From positions 11,524-75,523 of the forward strand of contig MFRH01000061.1 of the NCBI GenBank assembly GCA_001783275.1: 64,000 bases of DNA, in the 5' to 3' direction. Both the position numbers and the translations under genes were made by a program. This document shows, in pieces, positions 30,678 through 40,711 of this stretch. Within the stretch, counting starts at the first letter, position 1; each line of letters opens with the position of its first letter. Source of the stretch: Candidatus Margulisbacteria bacterium GWF2_35_9 (GTDB lineage: Bacteria; Margulisbacteria; Riflemargulisbacteria; GWF2-35-9). Under the pieces are notes generated by a model. It saw only the letters and a list, made by a program, of their open reading frames with translations, was not told where the DNA came from and did no database searches.

Positions 30678-31247
30678 GTGCCTTCAGTGATGATTCATCT
30701 GTTGACAGCATACAAATTATTTGCTGACACAGATCCGCTTTTTTACATAGGAGCAATTGTGCCCGATGCTGTTGCTACCAGAGAAGAAAAAGATATTACA
30801 CATTTTCGTACAATACAAAACCGTGAAAATGAATTGATAAATCTAGCCAAAAGTTCAAAAAAATCTTTTGATGAAGGTATACTTCTGCATCTGTATTTAG
30901 ATTGGTTATGGGATGAAAGAACATTTTGTACATATGCCGAAACTCACAAGGAAGAGAATTGGTTTTATTCGTACAGACGTGAGATAGCTTTGGCAAGCGC
31001 ATTCATCTATCATAATGAAAGGTGGAGTGAGGATGTATGGCAAAAGATGCTTTCCTGCCCAAAAGATACATACGGAACAACACCCGGAGTTAGCGATGGG
31101 GAAGTGGCAGAGTTTTTAAATAGAAATTATATATGGCATAAAGATAATAATATAGGTCCTTCTGTTGTATATCCTCCTGAATTCGTAGAGGAATTTACAA
31201 ATAATGCAACAGAAAAATTTATGGTTTGGCGAAGCAGTATAAATTAA
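30678..31247 (+). CDS. hypothetical protein (His-rich, possible metal-dependent hydrolase)
   Basis: GTG start with AAGGAG SD. No confident family. Confidence 0.35.
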   Translation: MPSVMIHLLTAYKLFADTDPLFYIGAIVPDAVATREEKDITHFRTIQNRENELINLAKSSKKSFDEGILLHLYLDWLWDERTFCTYAETHKEENWFYSYRREIALASAFIYHNERWSEDVWQKMLSCPKDTYGTTPGVSDGEVAEFLNRNYIWHKDNNIGPSVVYPPEFVEEFTNNATEKFMVWRSSIN

Positions 31248-31272
31248 GCAAATTAGAGAAAAATTATATAAT

Positions 31273-31622
31273 ATGGGGGCGTAAAGGTTTCGACGGGGAT
31301 TTTGAACCGATATAAGCGAGCAGAAGAACGTGTCTTCTTTAAAAAACGTAAATTAAATTTAAACGCTAACAAAAACGTTAAAGTTGCTGCCTAACTAGGC
31401 AGCCGTCGGGCCTGGAAGGACTACGAGCCAGGTTTTGGCGTCACTTAGTAGTGAACGTGAGCGGGCTTAAGCTTTGCTGCCTGCCATGAACTTATGAAGC
31501 TACCAAACAAGTCAGCCTGCTCTTTGGCGGTCATGCAAGGGAATCTAAACAAAGAGCTACGCTCGTAGAAAGTGCCGGCAAAAGGTTTTCGGACAGGGGT
31601 TCGATTCCCCTCGCCTCCACCA
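31273..31622 (+). ncRNA. ssrA: tmRNA (transfer-messenger RNA)
   Basis: 5' GGGGGCGUAAAGGUUUCGACGGGG. tag ORF ...A-N-K-N-V-K-V-A-A-stop. 3' ...GGACAGGGGUUCGAUUCCCCUCGCCUCCACCA forming a tRNA-Ala-like end. Intrinsic terminator at 31629-31670. Confidence 0.9.
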
Positions 31623-31689
31623 GGGTTTCCCACACAAGGGTCGTTTGAATCTTGTGTGGGATTTCTTTTTGACAATAAAAAAATCGGGA

Positions 31690-32185
31690 GCAAATTGAGA
31701 AAAATCTCAACATGCTCCCGATATACTACTACTTTATTTAGGTAAAGATTTATAAGCTGTCTTTTTTCCTCTAGTTCACCGCTGAGAAAAAGCTCTCTTG
31801 CTTTCATATAAGCTGTGCGGATTTGCTCCTCTGTTATGGAGTATTTTGAATCATAGTAACTTTCTTCTTGAGCCAGAATTTCTTCTAACTTTGATTTTTC
31901 TATCTCAAGGTCATTGAGAGCTGATAAGAGTGAAGTACTACCAGTAGAAGCAATAGCCGATATAAGGTTGCTTATTTTACCTTGTATTTCCTTAATATTC
32001 TTTGCTATTTTCTGAACTTTGATATTCGCTTTTAATTTAGATTCCTTGTTATATTCGGAAAACTGTTTGTAGAGATTAGGAATACGCTCATCATCAAATA
32101 TGATTTTAGCAAGCTCGTTAATTACAAAGTCTTCGATGTACTCGCGTCGAATCTCTTTGTTTGAACAAGTACCCCCTGACTTGTT
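31690..32185 (-). pseudogene. C-terminal fragment of a large serine recombinase (coiled-coil / C-terminal region only; catalytic N-terminus absent)
   Basis: Frame translates ...NKEIRREYIEDFVINELAKIIFDDERIPNLYKQFSEY...RQLINLYLNKVVVYREHVEIF. No start codon. The frame runs through its own terminator hairpin (31690-31730) into ssrA. Confidence 0.5.
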
Positions 32186-33575
32186 TTACGGTACAACAAT
32201 TCCTACCTGTCTTTTAGTTATTAACAAAAATAAGCCGGACAAGCTAAAAAACAAGGTTCTTATTATCAATGCTGATGCAGAGTATGGTGAGGGAAAAAAC
32301 CAAAACTTCCTCCGCCCTGAGGATATTGAAAAAATCGTATGGGTTTTCGATAATATACAAGAAATCGATAACTATTCTAAAATCATACCGATAGATGATA
32401 TTATCGATGAAAAAGGTCATGACGGCAATTTGAATATCAGACGTTATGTAGACAACACACCTCCACAAGAGCCACACGATGTGAAGGCACACATTTACGG
32501 TGGTGTACCCAATAAAGAAATTACCGCCCTTAACGGGCTAATAACAAAATATGCCATCGCCGAGAACGATTTGTTCGATAATAGAGGCGACGGCTATTCG
32601 CTGTTTAAAAATGAATGCAATGATAAAGCAAAGATAAAAGCTTATATATCGGAACATTCCGGTGTTGCAACCGCAAACAATAATATGCGTAGTGCATTTG
32701 AGTTCTTTTGGGAAAATGCAGGCGCCGCCGTTGCCGACGTTGGTGATGAAGGAGGCATCTCTGAATTCACAAGAAAATACACTGAATTTTTAGCTGAATC
32801 ATTAGAGCCAGTGGGTATTCTTGACCACTTTCAATGCATCGGTGTTTTTGCCAACTGGTGGGATCACAGCTACACTGTGCGTGAGTACACCGAAATCGAG
32901 CAAGCCGCCAATGGTAAAGAAACCAAGGTGTCTGTAAAAGAAGTTATTAAAATTAAAAACGTGTTTAAAACCATTGGTGCAGAAGGGTTTGTATCTGCCC
33001 TTGTAAGTGATGAAAAGATAGCGTTAGAACACTTTACCGATGAACTTTCCGCTTTGAAATCTCTTGAGGATGAAGCAGAATCCGCACTGGCTGATTTGCA
33101 AGCCTATGTTTCTTCTGTGGATATGGGTATTGATCAGGAAGAGGAAGAAACCGAAGAAGGCGAAGAAGCAGAGGCGAAAGAACCTACTGTAAAAGAGGTT
33201 GAGGACTACCTGAAAAAACTCAGTACTGCCGAAGCAAAAGCACAGCTAAAAGAAATTGATAAACTTAAAAAAGAGAAAAATCGCTTAAATCGTGAACTTA
33301 AAAAGAAAACTGCCGAGTTGCAGGAGAAGATCAATGCAATTCGTGAAAAGCTAACAGCCGAACAATGTGAAACACTCGTTATGCAACTGTTGCATGAGGG
33401 TTTTGTTGTCGAACTCGAAAAATACCTCACTACCGAAGTTGCAAAAACCGTAAAAGCTGTTTGTAAGTTGTGGGATAAATATTTCGTTTCTGCCAACCAA
33501 ATGCTTAATGAGCGTAAAAAAGCCGAAGATAAACTGAATGGCTTTTTAGAAAGGCTGGGATATATTAATGGGTGA
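32172..33575 (+). pseudogene. hsdM: type I restriction-modification methyltransferase subunit, 5'-truncated (lacks AdoMet-binding and NPPF catalytic motifs)
   Basis: Homology starts at LFYGTTIPTCLLVINKNKP, the region that lies C-terminal to the catalytic domain in HsdM. The upstream 'MILASSLITKSS...' is out of context and overlaps the recombinase fragment. Confidence 0.55.
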
Positions 33576-34677
33576 ATTGGCGAAATTAACTGATATTGCA
33601 AATATTCTTACTGGTAGTAGCAACGTTCAAGATGCTAATGAAACTGGTAAGTATCCTTTGTTTGACCGTTCTGATGTGGCTAAATTAAGTACGCGGTATT
33701 TATTTGATTGTGAAGCTATAATTGTTCCAGGTGAAGGCTCTGAATTTATACCAAAATATTACAATGGGAAGTTCGACCTTCATCAACGTGCATATGCAGT
33801 CATTCCTTACTCAGGGTATAACGCAATTTTTTTATATTATATTATTCAAAATAATACATACCAATTAGTAAAATATTCAGTTGGAACTACTGTAAAATCT
33901 TTGCGCCATAATTCGTTTGAACATATTGTAGTTCCTTTGTTTTCAGAAAAACAACAAGCAAAGATTGCAGAAATACTTACAACAGTTGACGATGCCATTG
34001 TAAAAACCAAAGCCTTAATTGATAAGTACAGTAACATCAAGATTGGCATGATGCAGGATTTTTTCGACAACAGAGTGACAACACAAAAGCTTGTTGATTT
34101 TTGTGATTCAGTAAGAGATGGTACACACGATTCTCCAAAACCAACAGGGAGTAGTGGTAAATATTTAATTACATCTAAACATTTAGGAAACCAAAATTTA
34201 GACTTTTCATGTGCATATAAAATCTCTTTTGAAGATTACGAACAAATTATACGTCGTAGCAAAGTAGATAAATGGGATATTCTATTTAGTATGATTGGAA
34301 CTATCGGAAGTATTTATCAAGAAACAAATGATAATCCCGATTACGCCGTAAAAAATGTAGGTTTATTTAAAATGGGCGGAAACGCACAAAAAAGTCAATG
34401 GTTAAAATATTACTTACAGAGTAATTTATGCAAAAAATATTTATCGCTTAGTTTGAGAGGCTCTACTCAAAAATACGTTTCACTTGATGTTTTGCGTAAA
34501 ATGCCAATTTACGTACCTTCATCAGATGAGCAACAAGACATTATTAATCAACTTGAAGCAGTAGATATTAAGATAACTACAGAAACTAATTATCTTTCAA
34601 AATTACAAGACATTAAACAAGGTTTAATGCAAGACCTACTAAAACCAGACGGTGTAAGCGTTGACGCTTTATTATAA
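33568..34677 (+). CDS. hsdS: type I restriction-modification specificity subunit
   Basis: Two TRD-like halves and conserved HsdS spacer motifs. Overlaps the hsdM end. Confidence 0.7.
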   Translation: MGELAKLTDIANILTGSSNVQDANETGKYPLFDRSDVAKLSTRYLFDCEAIIVPGEGSEFIPKYYNGKFDLHQRAYAVIPYSGYNAIFLYYIIQNNTYQLVKYSVGTTVKSLRHNSFEHIVVPLFSEKQQAKIAEILTTVDDAIVKTKALIDKYSNIKIGMMQDFFDNRVTTQKLVDFCDSVRDGTHDSPKPTGSSGKYLITSKHLGNQNLDFSCAYKISFEDYEQIIRRSKVDKWDILFSMIGTIGSIYQETNDNPDYAVKNVGLFKMGGNAQKSQWLKYYLQSNLCKKYLSLSLRGSTQKYVSLDVLRKMPIYVPSSDEQQDIINQLEAVDIKITTETNYLSKLQDIKQGLMQDLLKPDGVSVDALL

Positions 34678-34689
34678 GGAGGGGTTTAA

Positions 34690-37600
34690 ATGTCAGGAAG
34701 ACCATCAGAACTAAAATATGTTGAAGGGCCTTTGCTCTGTCAGCTCGAGGCACTGGGCTGGTCCGTTTTGCAACTTGATGACAGTGATAAACACAACCCT
34801 GCAAAAAGCTATCGCAAATCTCTTGCCGAGGTTGTAATTATTGTAAAACTTAAAGAGGCACTTGCAAGACTCAATCCATGGCTAACTGATATTCAGGTTG
34901 AGGACCTTAGCGTACAAATGCAAAATTACCCCTTTCAAATGGATAAGCTGCTCGAAAACAACATGGAGGTTTTCGAGAGAATAACCGTTGGTTTATCTGC
35001 CGACAACGAGGAAACCGGAGAACCAAACTGTCCTGTAAGAGTGATTGATTGGTCGGATGTAGATAATTTCAATAAAGAAACATCACAAAACGACTATCTT
35101 GCTATCAGCCAGTACAAGGTTCGTATCCCCGGTAAAGAAGAACATATCATTCCTGATGTTGTGCTTTTTGTAAATGGGTTACCCCTTGTTGTTATTGAGT
35201 GCAAAGCACCGGATATTGCAGAGCCTATTGCAGAAGGTATAGAGCAATTATGCCGTTATCAAAACAAAAGAGAAGACGACAGCAGCGAAGGTGTGCCGGA
35301 ACTGTTTTATTATAATCAGATTTTAATCAGTACCAGCTTTCACGCTGCTCGATATACAAGCATCACCGGTGAACCATGCCATTTTATTGAATGGAAAGAC
35401 CCGTATCCCTATAAACTATCCGATATTAGAAAAAGTGGCGCACCGTCAAGCCAAGAGGTTTTGGTTGCCGGTATGCTTTCACCTGCTCATCTTTTGGATA
35501 TCATTCAAAGCTACACTGTATACATTGAAGATGATGAAGGACGCACAAAGAAAATTGTACCACGCTATATGCAATATCGCGGAGCAAGGAAGATTGTCGA
35601 TCGTCTCAGAAAAGATAAAGCCGGTGGTACGCTGTGGCATACACAAGGCAGCGGTAAATCTCTGACGATGATGTTTGTCGTTCGAAAGATGTTTAATTCA
35701 GACGATTTGAACAGCTATAAAATCGTTCTGCTTATTGACCGCAAAGACCTGCAAACACAGCTTTTTAAAACAACAAAAGCAATAAAATTTACTGTCAACG
35801 AAGCTGGCAGTATTGAAGGACTCAAAGGTCTTATTCGTAATACTGCAAGTGATGTTACGGTTGCTATGGTGCATAAATTCGGTGAGCGTGACGAGAAGGT
35901 CGGCAAATTTCCGGTGCTGAATAATTCTGAAAAAATTCTTGTTATGATTGATGAGGCTCACAGAAGTGAGTATTCTGAACTTGCTGCAAATATGTGGCGT
36001 AGTATGCCTAATTCGGTTAAGGTTGCATTTACCGGCACTCCTATTACGAAAACAACAGAGACCTTTGGTGGTTATATAGACGCATACACCATGCGTCAAG
36101 CTGTCGATGATGAAGTTGTTGTTGAGATAAAATATGAAGGCCGCGCCGCTGATAGTGAGATAACTGACCACGATGCGATGAATCGTCAATTTGTCGATGT
36201 GTTTGGTTTTATGGAAACGGAAGAGCAACAGGAAATCATGGGCAAATATACTGCTAAAGGGTATCTTGAAGCAAAAGAAATTATTCATGCCAAAGCATCC
36301 GACATGCTTAATCATTACATAAATACAATTATCGGCAATGGTTATAAAGCACAGGTTGTTGGTGTTAGCAAAGAAGCGGCTCATAGATATAAAGTTGCAA
36401 TAGATGAATTGCTGCCTATTAAGATTGCAAAACTTGAAAAGAGCAACCCTTTAAATGTAAATATTGAAAAATTGAAACTATTAAAAACCGCTTGCATTAT
36501 TTCAATGGAGCAAAATGCCGACCCACATTTAAAGCAGTACGGTGATCAAGCACAAAATGCACTCATTATCGATGGTTTCAAAGCGGCATTTGGCGAAAAA
36601 GGAAAAGAAGGCGGAGATGGAAATTATGGCATTTTAATTGTCACAGCTATGCTTTTAACAGGATTTGATGCCCCTATCGAACAAGTAATGTACCTTGATA
36701 AGGTACTTAAGAATCATACCCTTCTTCAAGCAATTGCCAGAGTAAACCGTACTTGTGGTTCAGATAAAAAGTGTGGATATGTTGTGGATTATGTTGGTGT
36801 TACAAACCATCTACGTGAAGCTTTGGCTGATTATGCAGAAGCTGATATTGATGAAACTGTTGCAGCTATGAAGAATCCATCACAGGATATAGATGCTTTA
36901 AACAGCGCTTACAATAACATTTTACAATTTATTTATGATAAGGTTGGTGTTAATTCAGTTGATGATGCAGCAACTATTATCGAAGAATTAGGTGCAGATG
37001 ACGATTTGAGAGATGAGTTTAACGCTTTATTTGGGGTGCTTTCAAGATTGTTTGACCGAGTGTTACCGAATCCTGCAGCTTTAGAGTACACCGATGTTTT
37101 TAAGCGTTTAGCGTTCATCCGTGAATCAGTAGCAAAACTGACTCGTGACCCAAGATTGTCAATGAAAGATGCCAGTAAAAAGGTACGATCAATTATTGAA
37201 GAATACCTTGATGTTAATGGGGTTACTATTGAAATCGCACCCGTTTCGTTGCTTTTAAACGACTTTTTAAAAGACACGAAAAAGAAAACAAAAAGCAATC
37301 GTGCAGTTTGCGATGAAATCAAGTACGCTGTAAGAGAGTTTATCAATGTAAATACGCCAAAGGACCCTGAGCTTTACACTCGATTAAGCGAGAAGTTGGA
37401 AGCGATTTTAGAAGAGTTTAAGAACAATTGGCAAGAACTAAGAGAGGCGTTAGAAAACTTCCGAGAAGACATTATTGAAGGCCGTAAGCGTGAAAAGACC
37501 TATGGGTACGAGCCTGAACATGAAATGCCGTTTTTTGCGCGTCTAAAGCAGAAACTCTATGGAAATGTAGATTATACTGATTTAGAAGAGGAAAACTTTA

Positions 37601-37833
37601 ATTCCTTAAAAGATTTGACCAACAATGTGCTTGAACGATTGAAAAGTGATACACAAACAGTTAATTTTTGGAGTAATACTTCGATGCAAGACGAACTTAG
37701 GACCTTCCTTGTAAATAGGTTAATTGCACCCGAAATTAAGCGGTGTGTTCCTGAAGTGTTTAAGAGGCGGCAAGAAATTGCTCAGGATTTACTTGAACTT
37801 GCTTATAGACATTTTGGGAGTGATAACAAATGA
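34690..37833 (+). CDS. hsdR: type I restriction enzyme R subunit (1047 aa)
   Basis: N-terminal PD-(D/E)xK (VLFVNGLPLVVIECK), DEAH-box helicase motifs (GTLWHTQGSGKS, MIDEAHRS) and helicase C domain. AAGGAGGGG SD. Confidence 0.9.
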   Translation: MSGRPSELKYVEGPLLCQLEALGWSVLQLDDSDKHNPAKSYRKSLAEVVIIVKLKEALARLNPWLTDIQVEDLSVQMQNYPFQMDKLLENNMEVFERITVGLSADNEETGEPNCPVRVIDWSDVDNFNKETSQNDYLAISQYKVRIPGKEEHIIPDVVLFVNGLPLVVIECKAPDIAEPIAEGIEQLCRYQNKREDDSSEGVPELFYYNQILISTSFHAARYTSITGEPCHFIEWKDPYPYKLSDIRKSGAPSSQEVLVAGMLSPAHLLDIIQSYTVYIEDDEGRTKKIVPRYMQYRGARKIVDRLRKDKAGGTLWHTQGSGKSLTMMFVVRKMFNSDDLNSYKIVLLIDRKDLQTQLFKTTKAIKFTVNEAGSIEGLKGLIRNTASDVTVAMVHKFGERDEKVGKFPVLNNSEKILVMIDEAHRSEYSELAANMWRSMPNSVKVAFTGTPITKTTETFGGYIDAYTMRQAVDDEVVVEIKYEGRAADSEITDHDAMNRQFVDVFGFMETEEQQEIMGKYTAKGYLEAKEIIHAKASDMLNHYINTIIGNGYKAQVVGVSKEAAHRYKVAIDELLPIKIAKLEKSNPLNVNIEKLKLLKTACIISMEQNADPHLKQYGDQAQNALIIDGFKAAFGEKGKEGGDGNYGILIVTAMLLTGFDAPIEQVMYLDKVLKNHTLLQAIARVNRTCGSDKKCGYVVDYVGVTNHLREALADYAEADIDETVAAMKNPSQDIDALNSAYNNILQFIYDKVGVNSVDDAATIIEELGADDDLRDEFNALFGVLSRLFDRVLPNPAALEYTDVFKRLAFIRESVAKLTRDPRLSMKDASKKVRSIIEEYLDVNGVTIEIAPVSLLLNDFLKDTKKKTKSNRAVCDEIKYAVREFINVNTPKDPELYTRLSEKLEAILEEFKNNWQELREALENFREDIIEGRKREKTYGYEPEHEMPFFARLKQKLYGNVDYTDLEEENFNSLKDLTNNVLERLKSDTQTVNFWSNTSMQDELRTFLVNRLIAPEIKRCVPEVFKRRQEIAQDLLELAYRHFGSDNK

Positions 37834-38489
37834 TTGCTGATTATACTGTAGTACGTTCAAGTCGCAAAACAATAGCTTTAGTAATTGATAGCGAAGCGAA
37901 TCTTATAGTACGAGCACCTAACAATATTAAAGATAGTGAAATAGCGGATTTTGTCAAAAAGAAAAGGCATTGGATTAATGATAAACAATACCAAGTATCT
38001 ACATTTGCAGAAAAGCACAGTCGTGTTATCTTTGAAACTGGCGAAAATTTTCTATACCTCGGAGATGAGTATACAATTTTGCGCTCTAAAGAAAGTAAGA
38101 TATGTTTTTCCGGCACAAATATTTTAATACCAGAAAATTTCAACTTAAGTGATGTGTTAAGTTGGCTAAAAGAAGTTGCAAGTAACATCATAAACGAGCG
38201 AGTTTCACGATATTCTTCATTGATGGGTGTTACATATTCATCCATAAAACTATCTAAGGCAAAGGCTCGTTGGGGTTCCTGCAGTTCAAAGGATAGTTTG
38301 AATTTTGCATGGAGATTAATAATGTGTCCCATTTCAGTTATTGATTATGTTGTAGTACATGAATTAAGTCACATTACCTACAAAAACCACAGTGCTTCTT
38401 TTTGGTCAAGAGTTAAAACAGTGTTGCCAAACTACAAAGAACAGCAAGACTGGCTTAAATTAAACCGAAAACTTATGGAAATAATTTAG
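37830..38489 (+). CDS. YgjP-like metal-dependent hydrolase (DUF45/M48-like, HExxH)
   Basis: VVVHELSHI zinc-binding motif. 4-nt overlap with hsdR. Confidence 0.7.
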   Translation: MIADYTVVRSSRKTIALVIDSEANLIVRAPNNIKDSEIADFVKKKRHWINDKQYQVSTFAEKHSRVIFETGENFLYLGDEYTILRSKESKICFSGTNILIPENFNLSDVLSWLKEVASNIINERVSRYSSLMGVTYSSIKLSKAKARWGSCSSKDSLNFAWRLIMCPISVIDYVVVHELSHITYKNHSASFWSRVKTVLPNYKEQQDWLKLNRKLMEII

Positions 38490-38541
38490 AGGAATGTAAG
38501 ATATTCAAAAATTTATATAATTCATCATGTACACTGAATAA

Positions 38542-39906
38542 ATGGAGGCAATAGCTATGTTTAATAATAATAGACATTTAAATATTTTCGAGCATTATTC
38601 TCAAGCAAATGCTCTACCAATTGAAAATAATGTTTCGCGTGGTCTTGCAATTGTGATGAGTGAAAACCCATTACTATTAGATCGCTTTATTGACTATTTA
38701 AATTCAAAGTGTGGCACAGGAATTGAAGTACAGAAGCATAGCAAAGCCGAAGATGTTGACATTGGGATACAACAAAGCATAACAAAAATTATTGATGCAT
38801 ATCCGAGTCCAAAGTTAATTGTTGGCATGACTCTTACTACAGAAAAACACGTTGAGTGGTCAGAAGACACTACTAAACCCGGTGAAACGCTGATTACAGA
38901 TATTGTAATCAAATACAAGGATACTTTTATTGTTATTGAAGTAAAACGAAATTCTGCTGATGCCAGAACACAGGTTCAAACCCAAGTAGAGAGTTTGGTT
39001 AATGAAATACAAAAACGTAACGAGTCAATACCTTCGGTAGATTATATCAATGGAAATTGGGAAGACATAATTGAGATAATTCAACAAGTACATAGCATTA
39101 CTGGGAGAAGTGAAAACAGCATTCTAAGTCACTACTTAAAACACTTAGAGCATCGATACGGACAGTGGTTTCCTGTTTCTCTTCTTTCTGAAATAAATAT
39201 TTCCATAGATAATCAAATACTAATTGAAAAAAGGCTAATAAAAATTATTCAAAATTGTTGTAAAAACGAAGATGACGAAAAGAAATATACAGGCAGATAT
39301 ATCATACCTCTTGATTATAGCTTCCTATCAGAGGCACAAGTAGATATAGATTATGATAAAAAGTGTTTAATGGTTACTGTTTGGCCTGGTGACACGAAAT
39401 GGCAAGGTTATAATTTATACAAGACAACGAAGCATGATTTAAACTGGATAAATGACAATGAAATAATTGTTGATGATACAAAACTTGAACTTATCGTAGA
39501 ACCATATCTTCGATTTGCACATTTTCAATCAACAATATTTGCACCTTATATAAAGAAAACATATTATAATCAGCACTTTGGCTCGAGCAAAGAAAAGTGT
39601 TTAGAACTTTGGAATGACATAACAAAAGAATGGAAACGGGCTTCATGGGATGAGCTGAAAAATAAATTACTAAATAAATATAGCGGGCTTGTTGATAAGG
39701 AAGAATTCAATGAAGGTTTTATAAGCAAGTTTGAAAATTCAAACCGTGGCTATGTTCATGTGTCATTTGGTTATGAAGTAACTGCATACATACCTGAAAA
39801 AGTGTTTAAACAACTGGAGCGAAAAGGAAACTCAGAAAAGCAGAACGATAAATTAGCAAAATTTGTTAACCATGTTATCGATGCAATAATATCTAAAATT
39901 GTATAA
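38542..39906 (+). CDS. hypothetical protein with PD-(D/E)xK nuclease-like core
   Basis: ITDIVIKYKDTFIVIEVKR has D...E-x-K spacing. Located in the RM island. Confidence 0.35.
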   Translation: MEAIAMFNNNRHLNIFEHYSQANALPIENNVSRGLAIVMSENPLLLDRFIDYLNSKCGTGIEVQKHSKAEDVDIGIQQSITKIIDAYPSPKLIVGMTLTTEKHVEWSEDTTKPGETLITDIVIKYKDTFIVIEVKRNSADARTQVQTQVESLVNEIQKRNESIPSVDYINGNWEDIIEIIQQVHSITGRSENSILSHYLKHLEHRYGQWFPVSLLSEINISIDNQILIEKRLIKIIQNCCKNEDDEKKYTGRYIIPLDYSFLSEAQVDIDYDKKCLMVTVWPGDTKWQGYNLYKTTKHDLNWINDNEIIVDDTKLELIVEPYLRFAHFQSTIFAPYIKKTYYNQHFGSSKEKCLELWNDITKEWKRASWDELKNKLLNKYSGLVDKEEFNEGFISKFENSNRGYVHVSFGYEVTAYIPEKVFKQLERKGNSEKQNDKLAKFVNHVIDAIISKIV

Positions 39907-39956
39907 GTGTAAATTTGAAGAGTGTTTAACACTATACCAAGCGAAGGGGGTATTTA

Positions 39957-40322
39957 ATGGAAAACGCATTATGGAATGGTAAATTATATCATGCAACAGA
40001 AATTGCTAACAATTATTCTCTTGAAAAAGAAATAAGAAAAGCAAGTGGACGAAAAGAATTATACTGTCCTGATCCTGAATGCGACCATAAAATTCTTCGC
40101 TATTGCCACGGTGAAATTAAAGAAGCATTTTTTGCACATCTTAATAACGAAAGTTGTGATTATGCTAATTTTGACAAAGAAAATACAAAAACAATGCGGA
40201 CAGTACGGCGACTTATTTATGATAAATTTAAGAGTAAGGGATATAATGTACAACCAGAACGGATGACGATTATTAAAAAATCTTGTTCCCATCAATATAA
40301 ACCTATCGTTCCAGACGTATAG
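39957..40322 (+). CDS. CoiA N-terminal-like Cys/His protein (121 aa)
   Basis: LYCPDPECDHKILRYCHGEIKEAFFAHLNNESC resembles the CoiA N-terminal zinc-finger-like region. The nuclease body is absent. Confidence 0.35.
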   Translation: MENALWNGKLYHATEIANNYSLEKEIRKASGRKELYCPDPECDHKILRYCHGEIKEAFFAHLNNESCDYANFDKENTKTMRTVRRLIYDKFKSKGYNVQPERMTIIKKSCSHQYKPIVPDV

Positions 40323-40711
40323 ATGATACAAATCAAAGTTTTACCTTATTCCATCATATAAATTTAATAAAAATAAAGCCAGGCACCCTACATTAATTTT
40401 GATCCAACCTTGTCAACTTGACAGGGAGTGCATCATTCTGTAGAGTGCCTGTTAGTTTTACATTTGATTCTTTCACTTCCACCATGAATATATTCGTAGT
40501 TTTATACTTGCAGCTGACTGTGTAGTTGATGATTTATTCAATAATCCACCGAATCAGCTAAGCTTGTAAAATATCCATCATATTCTGTTATAATTTTGTA
40601 TTATTATATTGTAAGTTTCACCATTTTATGGTAAAATATGTATAAATATGTCTATTTTGTTTTTCTTGTTATAAGTTATAAGTTTTGTTGTAATAAAGAA
40701 AGGTAATATTA

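Noticed and set aside
31445-31807. 120-aa minus-strand ORF overlapping ssrA
   Set aside because: Its 3' two-thirds is antisense to the tmRNA. Only the upstream part reflects real (decayed) serine-recombinase coding sequence; the read-through into ssrA is an artefact of a missing stop.
40380-40460. Long imperfect inverted repeat (caggcaccctaca...tgtagagtgcctg, with an inner ttgtcaacttgacag palindrome) suggestive of a mobile-element end or att site
   Set aside because: No matching partner repeat was found elsewhere in the window. It could simply be a terminator or a regulator-binding palindrome.
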